Source of the DNA: Balanoglossus misakiensis
Taxonomy: Eukaryota > Animalia > Hemichordata
DNA: 64,000 bases
Direction: 5' to 3'
NCBI GenBank assembly: GCA_040954595.2
Contig: CM082584.2
Coordinates: 8,259,046-8,323,045, forward strand
A model generated the notes under the pieces. That model saw only the letters and a list, made by a program, of their open reading frames with translations, made no database searches and had not been told where the DNA came from. Numbering within the stretch: the stretch's first letter is position 1; every line of letters starts with the position of its first letter. Below, piece after piece: positions 1-16,044 of the stretch. A program made the translations under genes and the position numbers.

Positions 1-769
1 AATTTGGAGGTCTAAGTTTCTAACTGGTAGAGTAGCTGTTTGGTTGAGATAATTCCGACACTATCTTTAGAAGGTTTACATAACTGTATACTGTGTACAA
101 ATTCATTCAGCATTCTTTTAGATTATATATTCAATTCAAGGTGTGTGATATATTTTTGTAAATAGCTAAATCTTTAAATATCTCAGATTCTTTATAAGTC
201 CTCCTTGATCTTTCCACTAAGTACATACAGTAGCTTGTATACCAAGTTAGGTGAGCTATTTTGTCGTCCATAATTCTCAAGCAGTGTCCTTAAACATTTT
301 CTCAGTTATTCTAATAAGCAATACACGACCCCAAGTCTGTTTTGTTGTTGAAAAGTGTAACCAACAGAACGGTTCAAAAGAGGTCTCAATGCTCATGCTC
401 CAAAAGCCCATGCCATTACTGCCAGTTAAAATAAACAAGTTTTAAGGGAAACCTATGGAGGACGAAGACCCAGAACTCTAAGAAGAATTACTTCCACGGG
501 AAATTTTTTAGGACTTATCACTAACTTGTGCTTGAACTGATAAGAAGATTCCCAAGTGACTTGAACAGCTACGCATAAGAAGTACTTGCTTCTTTTGGAA
601 TCCTGCTTGTTGTACTATGATGTGCTAGCAGGAAGTGGACTTCTCGATTGGATTGATCTGATATCAAAATAAGGATTTAGAGTTAGAATTCAATGGTAGA
701 CGGCGTTTGTGGGGAGAACCACTGGTTTACCCCCTCAAGTTCTTCCCAATCTGTCATCTTATAGTGTTC

Positions 770-3700
770 ATGAAAAAGGTAAGTGTTTCGTTTCATATTT
801 GTGAAATGTGTGTGTACGTGTGTGTTTGGTCTTGTCACAATATGTACATGTAGGGATTGGCCATATGGGTGGTTATTTTTACTGGGAGAACTTGTAATGG
901 CTAGAATGTTACTGAAAATATATGAACTCAGGCAGTGTTCAAATTACATGTAATATATCTCTAGTGCAGCTGATGGCTCCCATCCTGATGTTCTTTAGTG
1001 ATAAAAGTTTGGCTGCCCTTTGTTCATACACATTGTATTATTATACAGTTACAGGTGTACATGTATGATGCGTACAGATAAACATATGTCACCCCATTCG
1101 GTATATGTAGTTCATGGGTCCGATCACCCACTTAAAACATGGGGGGGGGGGGGGGGGTTGTACTAAAGCACCCATCGATAACAAGGGGGTTGTAGTGTAC
1201 ATTACTAAAGCTGGAAAATGACAGGATTTAACTATCTCGCTATAAAGGTTTCTTATGTGGTATCATTGTGTTATGGACTTAATTTCCAGGAGTGGTATGC
1301 TATGCCTATAGATGTGATGGCTAACCCTCCTCAGCATGATTTTGCACCTGCCTGGCTGAATTTTCCTAGTGAACAGGTGAGTTGAATTACACACTTAGAA
1401 AGGGTGGGCATTTCTGTTGTCATACACGGTGTTGTTTGAACCATTAGGGTGTTCAAATTCCAGGATTCACATAATTGTGCGTACAGACACAAGCCACCCG
1501 AAATCTGATAACCTGCCCATTCTCTTGCACAGAAGCCATTCAAATCTCACCAATATGAGCACCACCAGCGCCACGACAGGAGTTCACGAAGTCACGACCG
1601 CGACGACGGTGGATACCTTGCCAACCAGGAACGTCTTTACTCCTCTGAATCTCACCTTGCCCATTCTGGACATCCGCCCTTACAAGCTCACCCTCAAGCA
1701 GGCTATGGATACAGAGGCAGAGATGGTAAGTCAATTGAAATTAGTATTATTTACATGGACTCGTGGTCATCAGAGAACTTGGTACCTTTAAAGCAAAAAC
1801 ACAAGTACAGGCAAACCTGCCTATAGTGGCCAGTCAAGGGACTTTCGTAAACTGGCCTTTATAGACAGGTGGCCTTTATTGACAGGTAAATTAATGTAAA
1901 TGTAGTACATGTTAATTGCACAGGGACTGTAACAAAATGGCCACTATATAGAGGTGGCCACTAATACAGGTTTGACTGTAGTGTATAGCATGCAGTACAT
2001 TCGTTTGATTTACAGTACATGTACATGTACGTGCAGTTCGTTATGACCAATGACAGAAATTTTTCCTGCCCTCTTTAGAATAATTCTATGTCTCTATTTT
2101 GCTATGACATGTCCCCATCTCCATTACTGTGATGTGGTGTGTTTTTTTTTCCAATAGACAAACGCCATCAGCCTCATCCTGGCTACACCAGACACCATTC
2201 TCTAGATGACGATCGCTACCAGCACAACTTCCAGCAGGGCGGGGGCGATGCCATCTACCACCAGGGCGGCCACCTGTGGCGTCCGTCCCGCGACGGCATC
2301 TACCAACATCCCAACGCCCGCTTCGGCAACGGCACCTTCCACGGCGGGGGTGCCGGTGGAAACGGCTACCACGGCAACCGAGGCGGCGGCGGCGGGAGAC
2401 AGAGGTACAACTCTGGGTCCCGCGAGTACCACGAGCGCGGTCGTCAAGACAGCAAGGAGGAGAGCTGGGACGGGGAGATGGGCAATGATGCGGAGAGTGA
2501 AACCAACGAGACTTCAAACAACAATAATAGTGTTGACACGGGAGAGAAGTTTGAACAAGAATTTGTGAGTATACTTGAAGATGTTATGTAGAGCATGTAT
2601 GGCATGCACAGTTAACAAATGTATCTACAATGGGAAATATCTGTATTAGATGATTGCTGAATGATCTATGACTGTTATATATTTCACCATGATCTTTTCC
2701 ACTGTTCTCGTCACCATGAGACTTCTGTAGTTCTGTGTTAATAAATCATTGTCCTTGTTTGTGTGCTTTTAGCCTTCTTTGCGAGGAGATGTTGGGAGTG
2801 GGGGCAAAGAAACTCAAAGTAACAAACCAGCTGGCGTTTGGGGTAAGTGACTTGGCCTTGGTTATACATGTATGTACATGTTCTAACAGTGAACGTCTTA
2901 TTTGAAACGGGGAATTCCCCTACATGTATCTCCCAGTCATGAGTTTGTTCCTATCTCTCAGTCTGACACATGGATCAACCTAAATGATTTTGTAGTTTGT
3001 GTTGAGTACAAAAACGATGAAAAACTGCTTTCTCTCATTGAAGTACAACATGCATTACTGTATACTGTGAAATGTCTCCCTCTGTAAATTGTAAAGGCAT
3101 TACAAAATGGTGACTTTCATCATGGCCAAAAGTGTGTATACTTTCTATACTGTGCCTCTTATTGAGTTTCAACATCACTGTACACATTCTGTCAAAAATG
3201 ACAATGCTATGTTTCTTGGCTCCTGCAGACAAACCGCCTAACTCGAAGATACACAGCATGGGTGGGCGGCGAATGCAGCTGATACAGAAACCACTACGCA
3301 ACGAGAGCACTGACAGCAGTTCCAACGGTGGTAGTACGGGAGAGGCGGGTCAGAAACTGAACCCCCACGCGGGCATCGTCAACCAAGCCAACAAAACAGC
3401 CACATCTAATACTGCCAGTAATAGTATCTACAAGTCGTTGGTGCCTTCGAAGGGTCATACCAAGGTAAAATAAAAAATGTCCCCACTTACCAGTATGCAC
3501 TAGTAACATAAACACGGTTGTGCATAATTTTACTGCTATATACAATAGCACTAAAGAAAACCTGCTTTTTATGATTCTTATGATAATGAGTGGAATGGCT
3601 TTGCAAGTTCATTCAGCATTTACTTTGTAATTTTAAGTGATAAAGCAAGTAGGAGAATTTATTGATTCAAATTTCATTTTAAGTTCTTGTGTGTGAGCAT

Positions 3701-5726
3701 TCCACATACTGACATTAATTATTACATTACAATTTCCAAGATACTGTCACTTTCTTAGCTTATAGTTGCAATTGTTTGTCCCGACAGAGTGCTTCCCGTA
3801 AACCACCACCAGTAAAAGAATTGAGTTCAAAGCCGAGTGTAGCGCCAGCCTCTCAGACGAAGCCGACTACACCGACCACGCCGATTCCTACAACTTCACA
3901 ATCATTCACTAAGGAGGTGGGTTAGACTCTACCAGTTACATGAAGTAACAGTTTGTCTGTTTGTGTGTGTTTTATGCATGTGAGAGTTGTGTTATGACCT
4001 GGGTTCATTTGAATGTGAATGTATTTATGTAGGTGTGTATCTATGCTGACTGTATTCAGTACATACTATTCGTTCACATTATTCTTTTTACACACTTGAA
4101 CTGACGATGTCTAATCGATTTTTAGGCCTACCCATAACCTACCGTAATACAGTAATGTTACATGTATCTTGTTGGTGTATATGTGTTTGGTATAACGCAG
4201 GCAACCGTGACAGTCATACAGACGATTACAGGTGTTTATTCAACAAGTGGTGCTATAGAAAATGATCCCCAAACCTGCACTTTCTTCCAGGTCCCACAGC
4301 GTCCCACCTCCACCCCACCTATTGAGATCCTCAACCCCCGCCTTGTGACGGCGCAAACCAAGAAGCTGGACAAGAAGAGTGACTTCCTCAAAGAATTGAG
4401 GAAGGGCAGCGGCAGCCACAAGGACGACAATAGTAAAGAGGAGGAGAATGGCGATGGGTGTAGTAGTGAGGACGAAGTGAATCCGGAGGAGAACGGAAAT
4501 ACAAATAATGAGGTGTGTATAAAAATGTAAATGCAGTCAACTGAAGGGTCATATGGTAGATATTGCTTTGGTACATTGTATCTTCACTTTGCTGGTATTG
4601 CACATAGTGTACGTATTTCTCCATAGTGTGTGTAATGGTTATGTGACGTGTTTCATGAATATCAGAAAAGGTCAAATGATTCATTACACACGGAGAGCAC
4701 ATCATTCACTAATGTGTTTAGTACTATCTACAATCCCTGTATTTTGTTTCCATTCACATTCCCAGTTGCCGTCTGAGGACGACACAAAACTGATGAATGA
4801 AGACGACGTGTTCTGTGAGAATGTGTGTCCGCGAGAGTTTGAGGGAAGGAAGAGACAGACTCTAGACATCAATCATCTAGACAGTTTGACGATTAGCATG
4901 AATCCCGGATCTTCGCCGATGAAGTCGGAGCTATCGAGTTCTTTGGAAGCGGAGAGGAGGTTGGTACTAATAATAAGATTGATTTCCCCCAATCACTGAA
5001 AACTGTTCCGGCTGTGTCAAAAAAGGTCCATAGAAATCTGAGTCAGTGACGAGTTTAGGTGGGGACTAAGTTATGAATATGTGTCACCACTTCAGTCATT
5101 GGTGACCATATTTCTGATGTTGATTGTGTCAAAAGACGATCTTGTTCGCAACCTGATTTCATCCCTGTGTTGACCAGCGACATGAACCAGACAACATTGG
5201 ATTATATCTTGCAGGTTGTTGCGGGAAATGGGCTGGCAGGAGGACATTGATGAGAAGCCTTTAACGGAAGACGAGCTGAGAGAATTTCAGGCTATTACTG
5301 CCAAGCTGGATAATAAACCTGTAAGTAGTCATTTACGACCCAGTATGGCTACAGTGCATGTGGCCATTTTGTTGTCATTCTGCATGTCCTGGTAACCATT
5401 TACACGGACGTACACCTCCTGAATTGATTCCATTCAAACTTTGTACTGTGACACTGACATATGGTTGCTTCCGGATATGATTTAAAATGGCTGCCGGGAA
5501 ACAATTTTGCTGGAGTCCTTACTTGGATATGACTGAATTGAGTTACAAAATGGTCTTAATGCATTTGTGTGTGTAATTATTTTCATTTCAGAGCAAACTG
5601 AGAAACGGATTCAATCACAATCTTATTACAAAATGGAGTCCAGTCCACAACATCAACAAAATTGATCTGAACGAATGTGAATCAGACTCATCTTCAGACT
5701 CCTCAGACGATGAGAATGGTCCTTGA
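770..5726 (+). CDS. GPBP1: Vasculin / GC-rich promoter-binding protein 1 family (GPBP1/GPBP1L1-like), multi-exon
   Basis: Exons with GT-AG ends and continuous frame: (770-778 joined to 1290-) 1317-1376, 1533-1725, 2158-2564, 2773-2842, 3229-3464, 3788-3916, 4291-4512, 4766-4959, 5215-5320, 5592-5726 (TGA). Family motifs seen: QHDFAPAWLNFP, FEQEFPSL...GVW, KKSDFLKELR, SSLEAERRLLREMGWQE, PLTEDELREF and an acidic Ser/Asp C-terminus. The ATG next to the family motif is 1317 (MANPPQHDF); ATG 770 is in frame through the 778/1290 splice, so the true start is uncertain. Confidence 0.9.
1806..1980. mobile_element. Non-autonomous Tc1/mariner-pogo-type MITE in a GPBP1 intron
   Basis: Imperfect terminal inverted repeats TACAGGCAAACCTGCCTATAGTGGCCA ... 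TGGCCACTAATACAGGTTTGACTGTA, TA at both ends (putative target-site duplication), and internal repeats of ACAGGTGGCC/TGGCCTTTAT. Confidence 0.75.
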
Positions 5727-6241
5727 AAAACGAGGCCCGGCAAAGAAGAGAGATCTACAAGATATTTTTCCGCTTATTTTCTTTTCCGTTTTATTGTGTG
5801 TGATGAAGACCACGGGGGCCCTCATCATGCTATATGCAATAAGAAGCTTGTTAGCCGTGACTGTGGAAGAAAGAAAATTGATTCAGATAACCGAGAATTT
5901 ATCACGTATTGTGGTCTGAGATTATTCAAAAGTTGTTCAGTATTTTGAGTAATAATTTCTACGGAATTTTAGGGATCAGTTTTTTTTTTCTGTTTTCTCA
6001 TTTTCGTCTTTTGAGGGAGATTGTGTTTTGAAGACTTCAATGCATTGACATGCTTTCATATATAAAAGTCGTGAAGTCAAAAACACTTTCAATTGTAAAA
6101 AAAAAAGGAAGAAAAAAATCCAAGTGAAAGAGAGACAATTCAGGGACTGAAGTTTGACTTTCCCTGTGTGTTTACTTGGAATGAGAATTAGTTTATTACA
6201 AATGGTGATTGAGTCTCCATTGAATCAGTGACTACTACATT

Positions 6242-6247
6242 AATAAA
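6242..6247 (+). promoter_or_regulatory. Candidate polyadenylation signal of the GPBP1 gene
   Basis: AATAAA about 0.5 kb after the stop codon, followed by T/GT-rich sequence. Confidence 0.35.
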
Positions 6248-7032
6248 GCGCAAATCTGCAACTTTTGCAGTTATTCTTCGAATTTCTTTGTGCTATTTTA
6301 CCCTTGTACACCCCGTTTCACGTGTCCTTGTACATTGACACCTGTTAGGCAACGAACACCAAAAAGCGCCCTCGTGCGACGAATTTTCCAGTTGGAAAAT
6401 TGGATGTGCTAAAAAAATGAGTTGGTTAATGATCATTGTGTAAGCCTGACACTTGCAATGATTTAACCCTTTCACACCCAGTTTCCTCTATGGAAGTCCA
6501 ATGTTTATATCTATACAGAAGTGCCCAGGTAAATACTAGTAAATAAGGGCATTTAAAGAGAGGGGTCACTAATCTAATTGTTGCATATACACGTATTTGT
6601 CAGGGGAGTGGGAGGTAGGTCAGCCAATGGAAGTAATTTCCACCAGCCACAAGTCACCCATTTTTTTTTGCCAAAATCAAAGAAGACCACTGAATTTGTA
6701 GGTCTTCAAAATTTTGCATTCTGTGGAAAACAGTGACTTGTATCAAACTTAATTAGTGGAAAAAGGGCAGAGAGAGAGAGACTCTGTCCCTTTAATGTAG
6801 GATTGTGTGCGCAAACGCGGGTACTGGTAAGGTCATCATGAAGGTCGAAAAACGAAAGATTGATTGGACTGAACCAGGCTGGGACTGAACAGTCTGTGCG
6901 CTACTTTGCCCCAACTAGGGTCATAGTTTATACTCGGATCAAAACTGTGAAGCCGTGCAGAGGTGGCGTAAAATTCGTATTGACGAGAGCACTGTACTCC
7001 ATCCACGCCAAGTCTAGACCAGAACAGTCAAC

Positions 7033-10000
7033 ATGTCAAAGGGCAAGCAGGTATGCTTTACGTCGTCTTTACTCTGCGTAACGCCGGGAGCACACATACC
7101 TGTACGCAGAGCTACGTCGTCTCGAGGCCACGAGTAGCCCCACCTGCGTACAGGTCTATCACAGATCAGTACCCTGGGCTAGGCCGTGGCCGCGAGGATT
7201 GATAGCTGCACGGATAGGCCTAGGTCTACTCGGTCGAAGCTGACACTATGTTACCCTGAACGTTGTTCATTATAAGCAAGTCTATACTGTTCTTGGTGGA
7301 AAGTTCCTCCCCGAAAACAAAGCTTCAATGGCGACGCCTATACATGATGACGTGACGATTTAATTGCGACAGCATGACCTGGATAGGCCCAATTCATATT
7401 CATTCGAATATAACTAGATTTAACTATAGACGGGCGTAAATTAGATTTTTAAATGAGTGCCGATTGCACCAAACACATTTTTCAATTCGGAGACAAATAT
7501 TCGAGTCGTTCCAATGGCAAATAAAGAAAAAATTGTCGCATCTTTATTTGACATTAAGCCTTCTCTTTGACTTTCATATATACATTGTATAGCCATCGTG
7601 TCCGGCATCAAACGTGTCCGGTAAAGTTGCCTTGGTAACTGGATCGAGTACCAGGGATGGTATTGGCATTGGTGTAGCAAGGAGTCTGGCCAGTAGAGGG
7701 TGTGCTGTGATATTGACCGGAAGTCGCGAGCCCGAAAAAGTGGAACAACTGAGATCTGAACTGGAAAAGTAATGGCATGACTTGCAGTTTGATGTGATAC
7801 TCTTTTCTTGTCTATCTTTATTAACAGTGGTTACTTTTCTAGTAAACCGTGATCAACAGTAGAATTCAAAATACTGGAACGTCATTCACCTTTAGCATTT
7901 TACAGTGGATATTATTAGAAGCAGAATACTCACTCCAGCTGCAGAAAAAAACGAGCTATTTGCATGAGCACGTTATGTAATTCCTGAACTTGTGACATCT
8001 GTTTCAGAGAATACGGAGTGTCGTTCCATTATTTCGCTGCCGATTTCAACAAGTTAGACGACGTTGAAAAACTGATCAAAGACATCAACTCGATCTACCC
8101 AAGCGGAGTGGACATTCTGGTCAACAATGCAGGTAAAAGAACACTGTCTTCTCATAAAGTTAAGGCATAATGTTACTTGCGATCGTCTGGATTAAACCAA
8201 ATGAAAACCACTTGTAAAATTGCAAATAATTTGATTAGATTCTTTCATTCAGAAAATATATCTGATTTAGGATTAATCACAAAGAGTGGTCTGGTCAAGT
8301 TAAAGGTCATCTTCCACATTTATTTAATCCTCCAGTGGCGTTTCCTGCTTCATTGCCTGTTGAAAATATCGACATTTCAATGTGGGAGAAGTCTTTACGA
8401 GTCGATTTAACTGCAGCATTTTACCTGATACAACTAACCCTTCCTGGTATGAAAAAGAAAGGTAAGGAATACGATTTTTGGTGTATATTTTTGTTCTGTA
8501 TATATACATGTGTATGTGTATGTATTCCAAGGGCTTGTCTATCACCGTGGCTCGGAGATGTAACTATTTCCACTCATTTCAAGTGTCATTTACACCCAAA
8601 GGTATCGTCAGTTTGAAATAACTGATATATGTTAACGAAATGTATGTGCACAGTGTGTAGAGGGACTGTGGTATGTGAAGATACCGGTAGATTTAACTTT
8701 GTCGTTAAATAATCCCACGACTTCAAATCGACGTTGTTGTTTTCGTCCTGCAGGATGGGGGAAAATTATCAATATGAGTTCTGTATGGGCCTTTGGAGGA
8801 CAGCAACTAGTAGCTGGTATCGTGGTCTCTAAGCATGGTCTTAATGGCTTGACCAAGGTAAATACAACGGAGGGAGTGGTTGTTTTGTGTGTGGGCTGTG
8901 AGAGAGCGTTCGTTTATTAGAAGCTATTTTGTTATGTCCATATCTGAATGCCTATTTTTACATTTCAGACTGTTGCCTTAGAAACATTGGGTTCTGGTGT
9001 AACGTGTAACGCTATATGCCCTGGTGCTGTACGGACAGGTGGTAAGTCGCGTCTTACGTCATGCTAAAGTTTGTTTGGACACCCTTTGCAACAACGTGAT
9101 TATATACAAGGTGCGCCTTCAAGCGACGAGATTCACACCTTCAGAGTAATTGTAACGCTTTCTACGCCGTCTTTCCGGAGTTAACCGTTTTGTAGATCGC
9201 CTACAAATATCTTATTATCTGTGACTCATTTCTAGCACTTCAGAAATGGATTACGAACGGTGCCGCCGCAAAGGGTATTCCTCTTGAAGAATATGAGGTG
9301 GGTTAGTGAATCAAGCATAATCTAACGTACACTTACTGCGCATAAAGTGTATATTTGTGTACACAGCGTATACTCTGTTCTATAAACGTCTGGTTAATTA
9401 ATTCGCTTGTTCAGTAAAACGAGGATTTTTTTGTACAGCACTGGATTTGTCCTCAGGGTCCTTGGTGTATATAGCTGCAGCATGAATCATAGTGCACTAT
9501 AACAGCGCATTTTATTCAACAATGTAAAGGTAGCAATTTATTAATCTTCTGGAAATTCTGTAATAAATCCTGAATATAATGTAGCCATGCTAAATATTTA
9601 ATACAGTCTATTTGTTTAAAAAACGTTTCTCTTGAACACGCATTTGAATTATATCCTTTTTCTTGATACAGAAAAATTTCCTCCAAAATTTCAATCCCTC
9701 TGGCGAATATGTTACCGTGGATCAGGTGGGTTGCTTTTATCATTATATTGTATGTGCCATCAACTTGTACGTCAGAGGGGGGGGGGGGGGGGGGGTAATG
9801 AGATGAATGCGAAAAAATGGTCGCTGGAAAACTGAGATATGGTTTTCGGTAACATAGGGTGTTTAACTAGAATATTAGGCCTATGTTTTCTCCAGACAAT
9901 ATTTCTGCAGGTAACATTGCAAACTTGCTCTTACATAATTTTCATCCATGCACAGTGATGACATCTTATGCCGATGTCAAGTATGTCTAAGCGAAATCAA

Positions 10001-10162
10001 GTAACATTTAGTGTACCTAGACATAGTTTTAAAATAGCGAGACCTTATTTTAAATATTATGATTTTTAGATTGGAGAATTGGCGGCTTTCTTGTGTTCAC
10101 CAGCGGCAGATCAGATGACCGGTACATGCATCCCAATAGACGGAGGCCAACGTGCTAAATGA
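7033..10162 (+). CDS. SDR paralogue 1, 3-hydroxybutyrate dehydrogenase-like, ~276 aa, non-canonical active site (IxxxK)
   Basis: Exons 7033-7050, 7593-7768, 8008-8132, 8336-8461, 8754-8857, 8969-9041, 9236-9297, 9672-9725, 10070-10162. MSKGKQ|PSCPASNVSGKVALVTGSSTRDGIGIGVA; DILVNNA; IINMSSVW; AGIVVSKHG; VTCNAICPG; AAFLCSPAADQMTGTCIPIDGG. Frame is open throughout. Confidence 0.9.
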
Positions 10163-10665
10163 GAAAAGAAACAGAATATTAGTATCAATATTTTGAAACC
10201 TTAAGTAAAACAATGTTTGATTACAACATTAAGTAAAATCACAGACAAACATTCTGCAATTTATTTTAATTTGTCATATTCGGTACATCTTTGGTATTAT
10301 TTTTTTCTGTGTGCATGCTGCGACAGGCCCCATAGAATGTCAGATGGTCAAACCCTTAGGAATTAAACGTTCCTTTCAAGGCTTGTCCCAGTTTAATTGT
10401 AAGGATTTTGAAGCGTTCGCCGATTGGGGGTCAATGAATCCTTTCAAAGAAAAAACGTGCAGACTCCCTTTCAAAGATGATTCATAACATACTTCGACAT
10501 TCCGGGTCAACCCGGGTGCTTTGCACTGGACTAGTCTGCGCGACCGCAGTACCAAGGTGATAAAATTACATTCGGGTCAAAATCGTGAAGCCGTGCAGAG
10601 GTTGCGTTCGTACTGGGAAGAGAGAGCACTGTACTTAACGCCAAGTCTATACACGTTGCGTCAAC

Positions 10666-13928
<3,263 letters not shown>

Positions 13929-14459
13929 GAGAAGAAACAAATAGACAGGCTGTAATATTAGTCCATGCAAACGCACATATGTACTCCACTGGCGAGTTTC
14001 TGTGAAACTTAGGTCGTAAAAACTTGTGTGTTCTGTTCATTAAATAAATATTGCGTTTCTGAATTGTTACCTTAGAATTAAAACATACATAATACATGTC
14101 TACATTTTCATGTATAAACCTTTCACATTTTAAATTAAAATACAAGCCAGCATATCAAGTGTGTTAATTTTACAAATATATTGAGCCTCGCAAGAAAATG
14201 CATTCAAAACAGTAACAGTTTTGTCAATGAATGTTTCTGAAGCAGTCACCTGGTACTAACACCTGGCTAGTGGTTTGTCTATAGCTGCGTCAGACGTAAC
14301 GCATTTGTCAAGGACACCAGGTCAGGGAAACTACTTGTACCGCGCTTCAGTGACTGTAAACTGACCCCCATGTTGGGGGCAGACTCCAGGTCATACATGT
14401 GCATGATTGATAGACGGTCATGTCAGGTCGGTTCTATCGACTGGACGGGTTGTTTTATA

Positions 14460-14557
14460 TAGTCTGGTCCCCTGCCCCAATCCCACCGCTGGCTGCGCTA
14501 CGCTAAAGGGAAAGGGTGGCGCTGCCAGCGGTGGGATTGGGGCAGGGGACCAGACTA
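14460..14557. mobile_element. Tiny palindromic MITE (~98 bp hairpin)
   Basis: 39-bp inverted arms TAGTCTGGTCCCCTGCCCCAATCCCACCGCTGGC(T/A)GCGC with one mismatch, a short spacer and TA ends; followed by a partial duplication GGGACCAGAC. Confidence 0.75.
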
Positions 14558-16044
14558 GGGACCAGACAAGTCGTTTTACACTGGCGTCGGAAGTCGGAAG
14601 ATTTGAAAATACGGCACAGAATACTACAAGGTGAGTAAGTTTAAGTTATTGTCAAACGTAGCTGTGCAGAGCTTGGCTTGATAATCAGGATAAATACTCT
14701 TCTCCGTATAAATTGGGTTCATTGGGGACATACCGACAAAACAGTGTAATATATAACCAGTGTGGGGCACGGTCTCATACCCAGACACGCTAGAATGAAC
14801 AAACAGGACTGGTAAATGGCAGAAAGGTGACCTTGTGATTTGACCTATACACCCCCTAGGTTTGTTCTCGACCATTTGAATAAAAACTAGCCACTAGCTC
14901 AGTATACACCGCTAATAAACAATCACATAAGTAGGTCAAACACGCCATAAAGCTCTGAGGGCAAGAATATGTACAACAAAATTCGCGCGTTGCAGCGACC
15001 CCCTCCCCCCGCAAGTAGAACCCCCGCCATAGGTGAATCAGAGATAGAGCGTGTACCCACGGGCTACGCTTCCCAACATTAACATTTTAATGTCGCGGAC
15101 AGATGGTGTGAACATTGAAACAGCACTGAAGTTTTATACTGTAACAACCTACAAATGTAAAGATCGAGGCAACTCTTGTTAATTGTGCAACTAATTATGG
15201 CGGTGGACATAGCGTTGATAAAAGGGGTAACTTCAACGCCGATATCGCCGGCACTTTTTATACGGTGTTACGATTGTACTACGAATGCATATAGAATTTA
15301 AATATCAGTGGTGGATGAACAATAAGGGTGTACGTCATTAACATATAGCATTAGCTGTAGTAGCCGTACACCTGGGTATTTTGAATATTACGTAAGGGTT
15401 TTTGATTTTTCGACTCTCGGCAACGGCAGTCAAGTGGCGTGAGCCGAACAGAAAACAGACAAGTTGCACTCGGCCATGAGCGACGGGGACTGGTATCTTG
15501 TAATCCACGTGTGAGCTCGGTGCTGAAGTTCAGCACGTCGGGTATGTCCTGTTGGTTTGAATTCAGCGTTGCTCTCGGACTTAAAATGCATGTCTACGCC
15601 AGCAACTGTAAGTGAAGTGAACCTGTTAATTTCTTTCTGAGAGGACTTCAGGAAAGAACTTTGAGAGAAAGCAGCACGCCAGCGTGAACCATCGTCGGGT
15701 CAGTGCAGAGAACTCACTGAACACTGAATTATCGCGTCCGCTCACCACGTGTGTAATATTACCGCGGACCTAATACAAGTTTCTTGAGGACATTACAATA
15801 TTTGAGTAAGAACCCTAGTAACATTTAAGTTTCAGCGCTTGTACTATGATATTATTTTTTCTTCCCGTGACAAATAGATTCGCAGTGAAACGTATAACTT
15901 TGGGTGTTCAGTGTATCATTGTTGTTGCTGTCTGGGTGTTTGTGTTGCGAGTTTTTGGTTCGTAACAACGGCCAGTGGGTGAATTGAACGTCTTATAGTA
16001 TTTTGAATTTTTCGCGGTTGTCTATCGCATTCAGGTGATCGAGT

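Noticed and set aside
2086-2568. Overlapping alternative-frame and antisense ORFs in the GC-rich GPBP1 exon
   Set aside because: Expected from high GC and few stop codons; only the frame of 2158-2564 joins the flanking exons.
10151-10162. Peroxisomal PTS1 at the SDR C-termini (RAK/RAR)
   Set aside because: They do not fit the (S/A/C)(K/R/H)(L/M) consensus.
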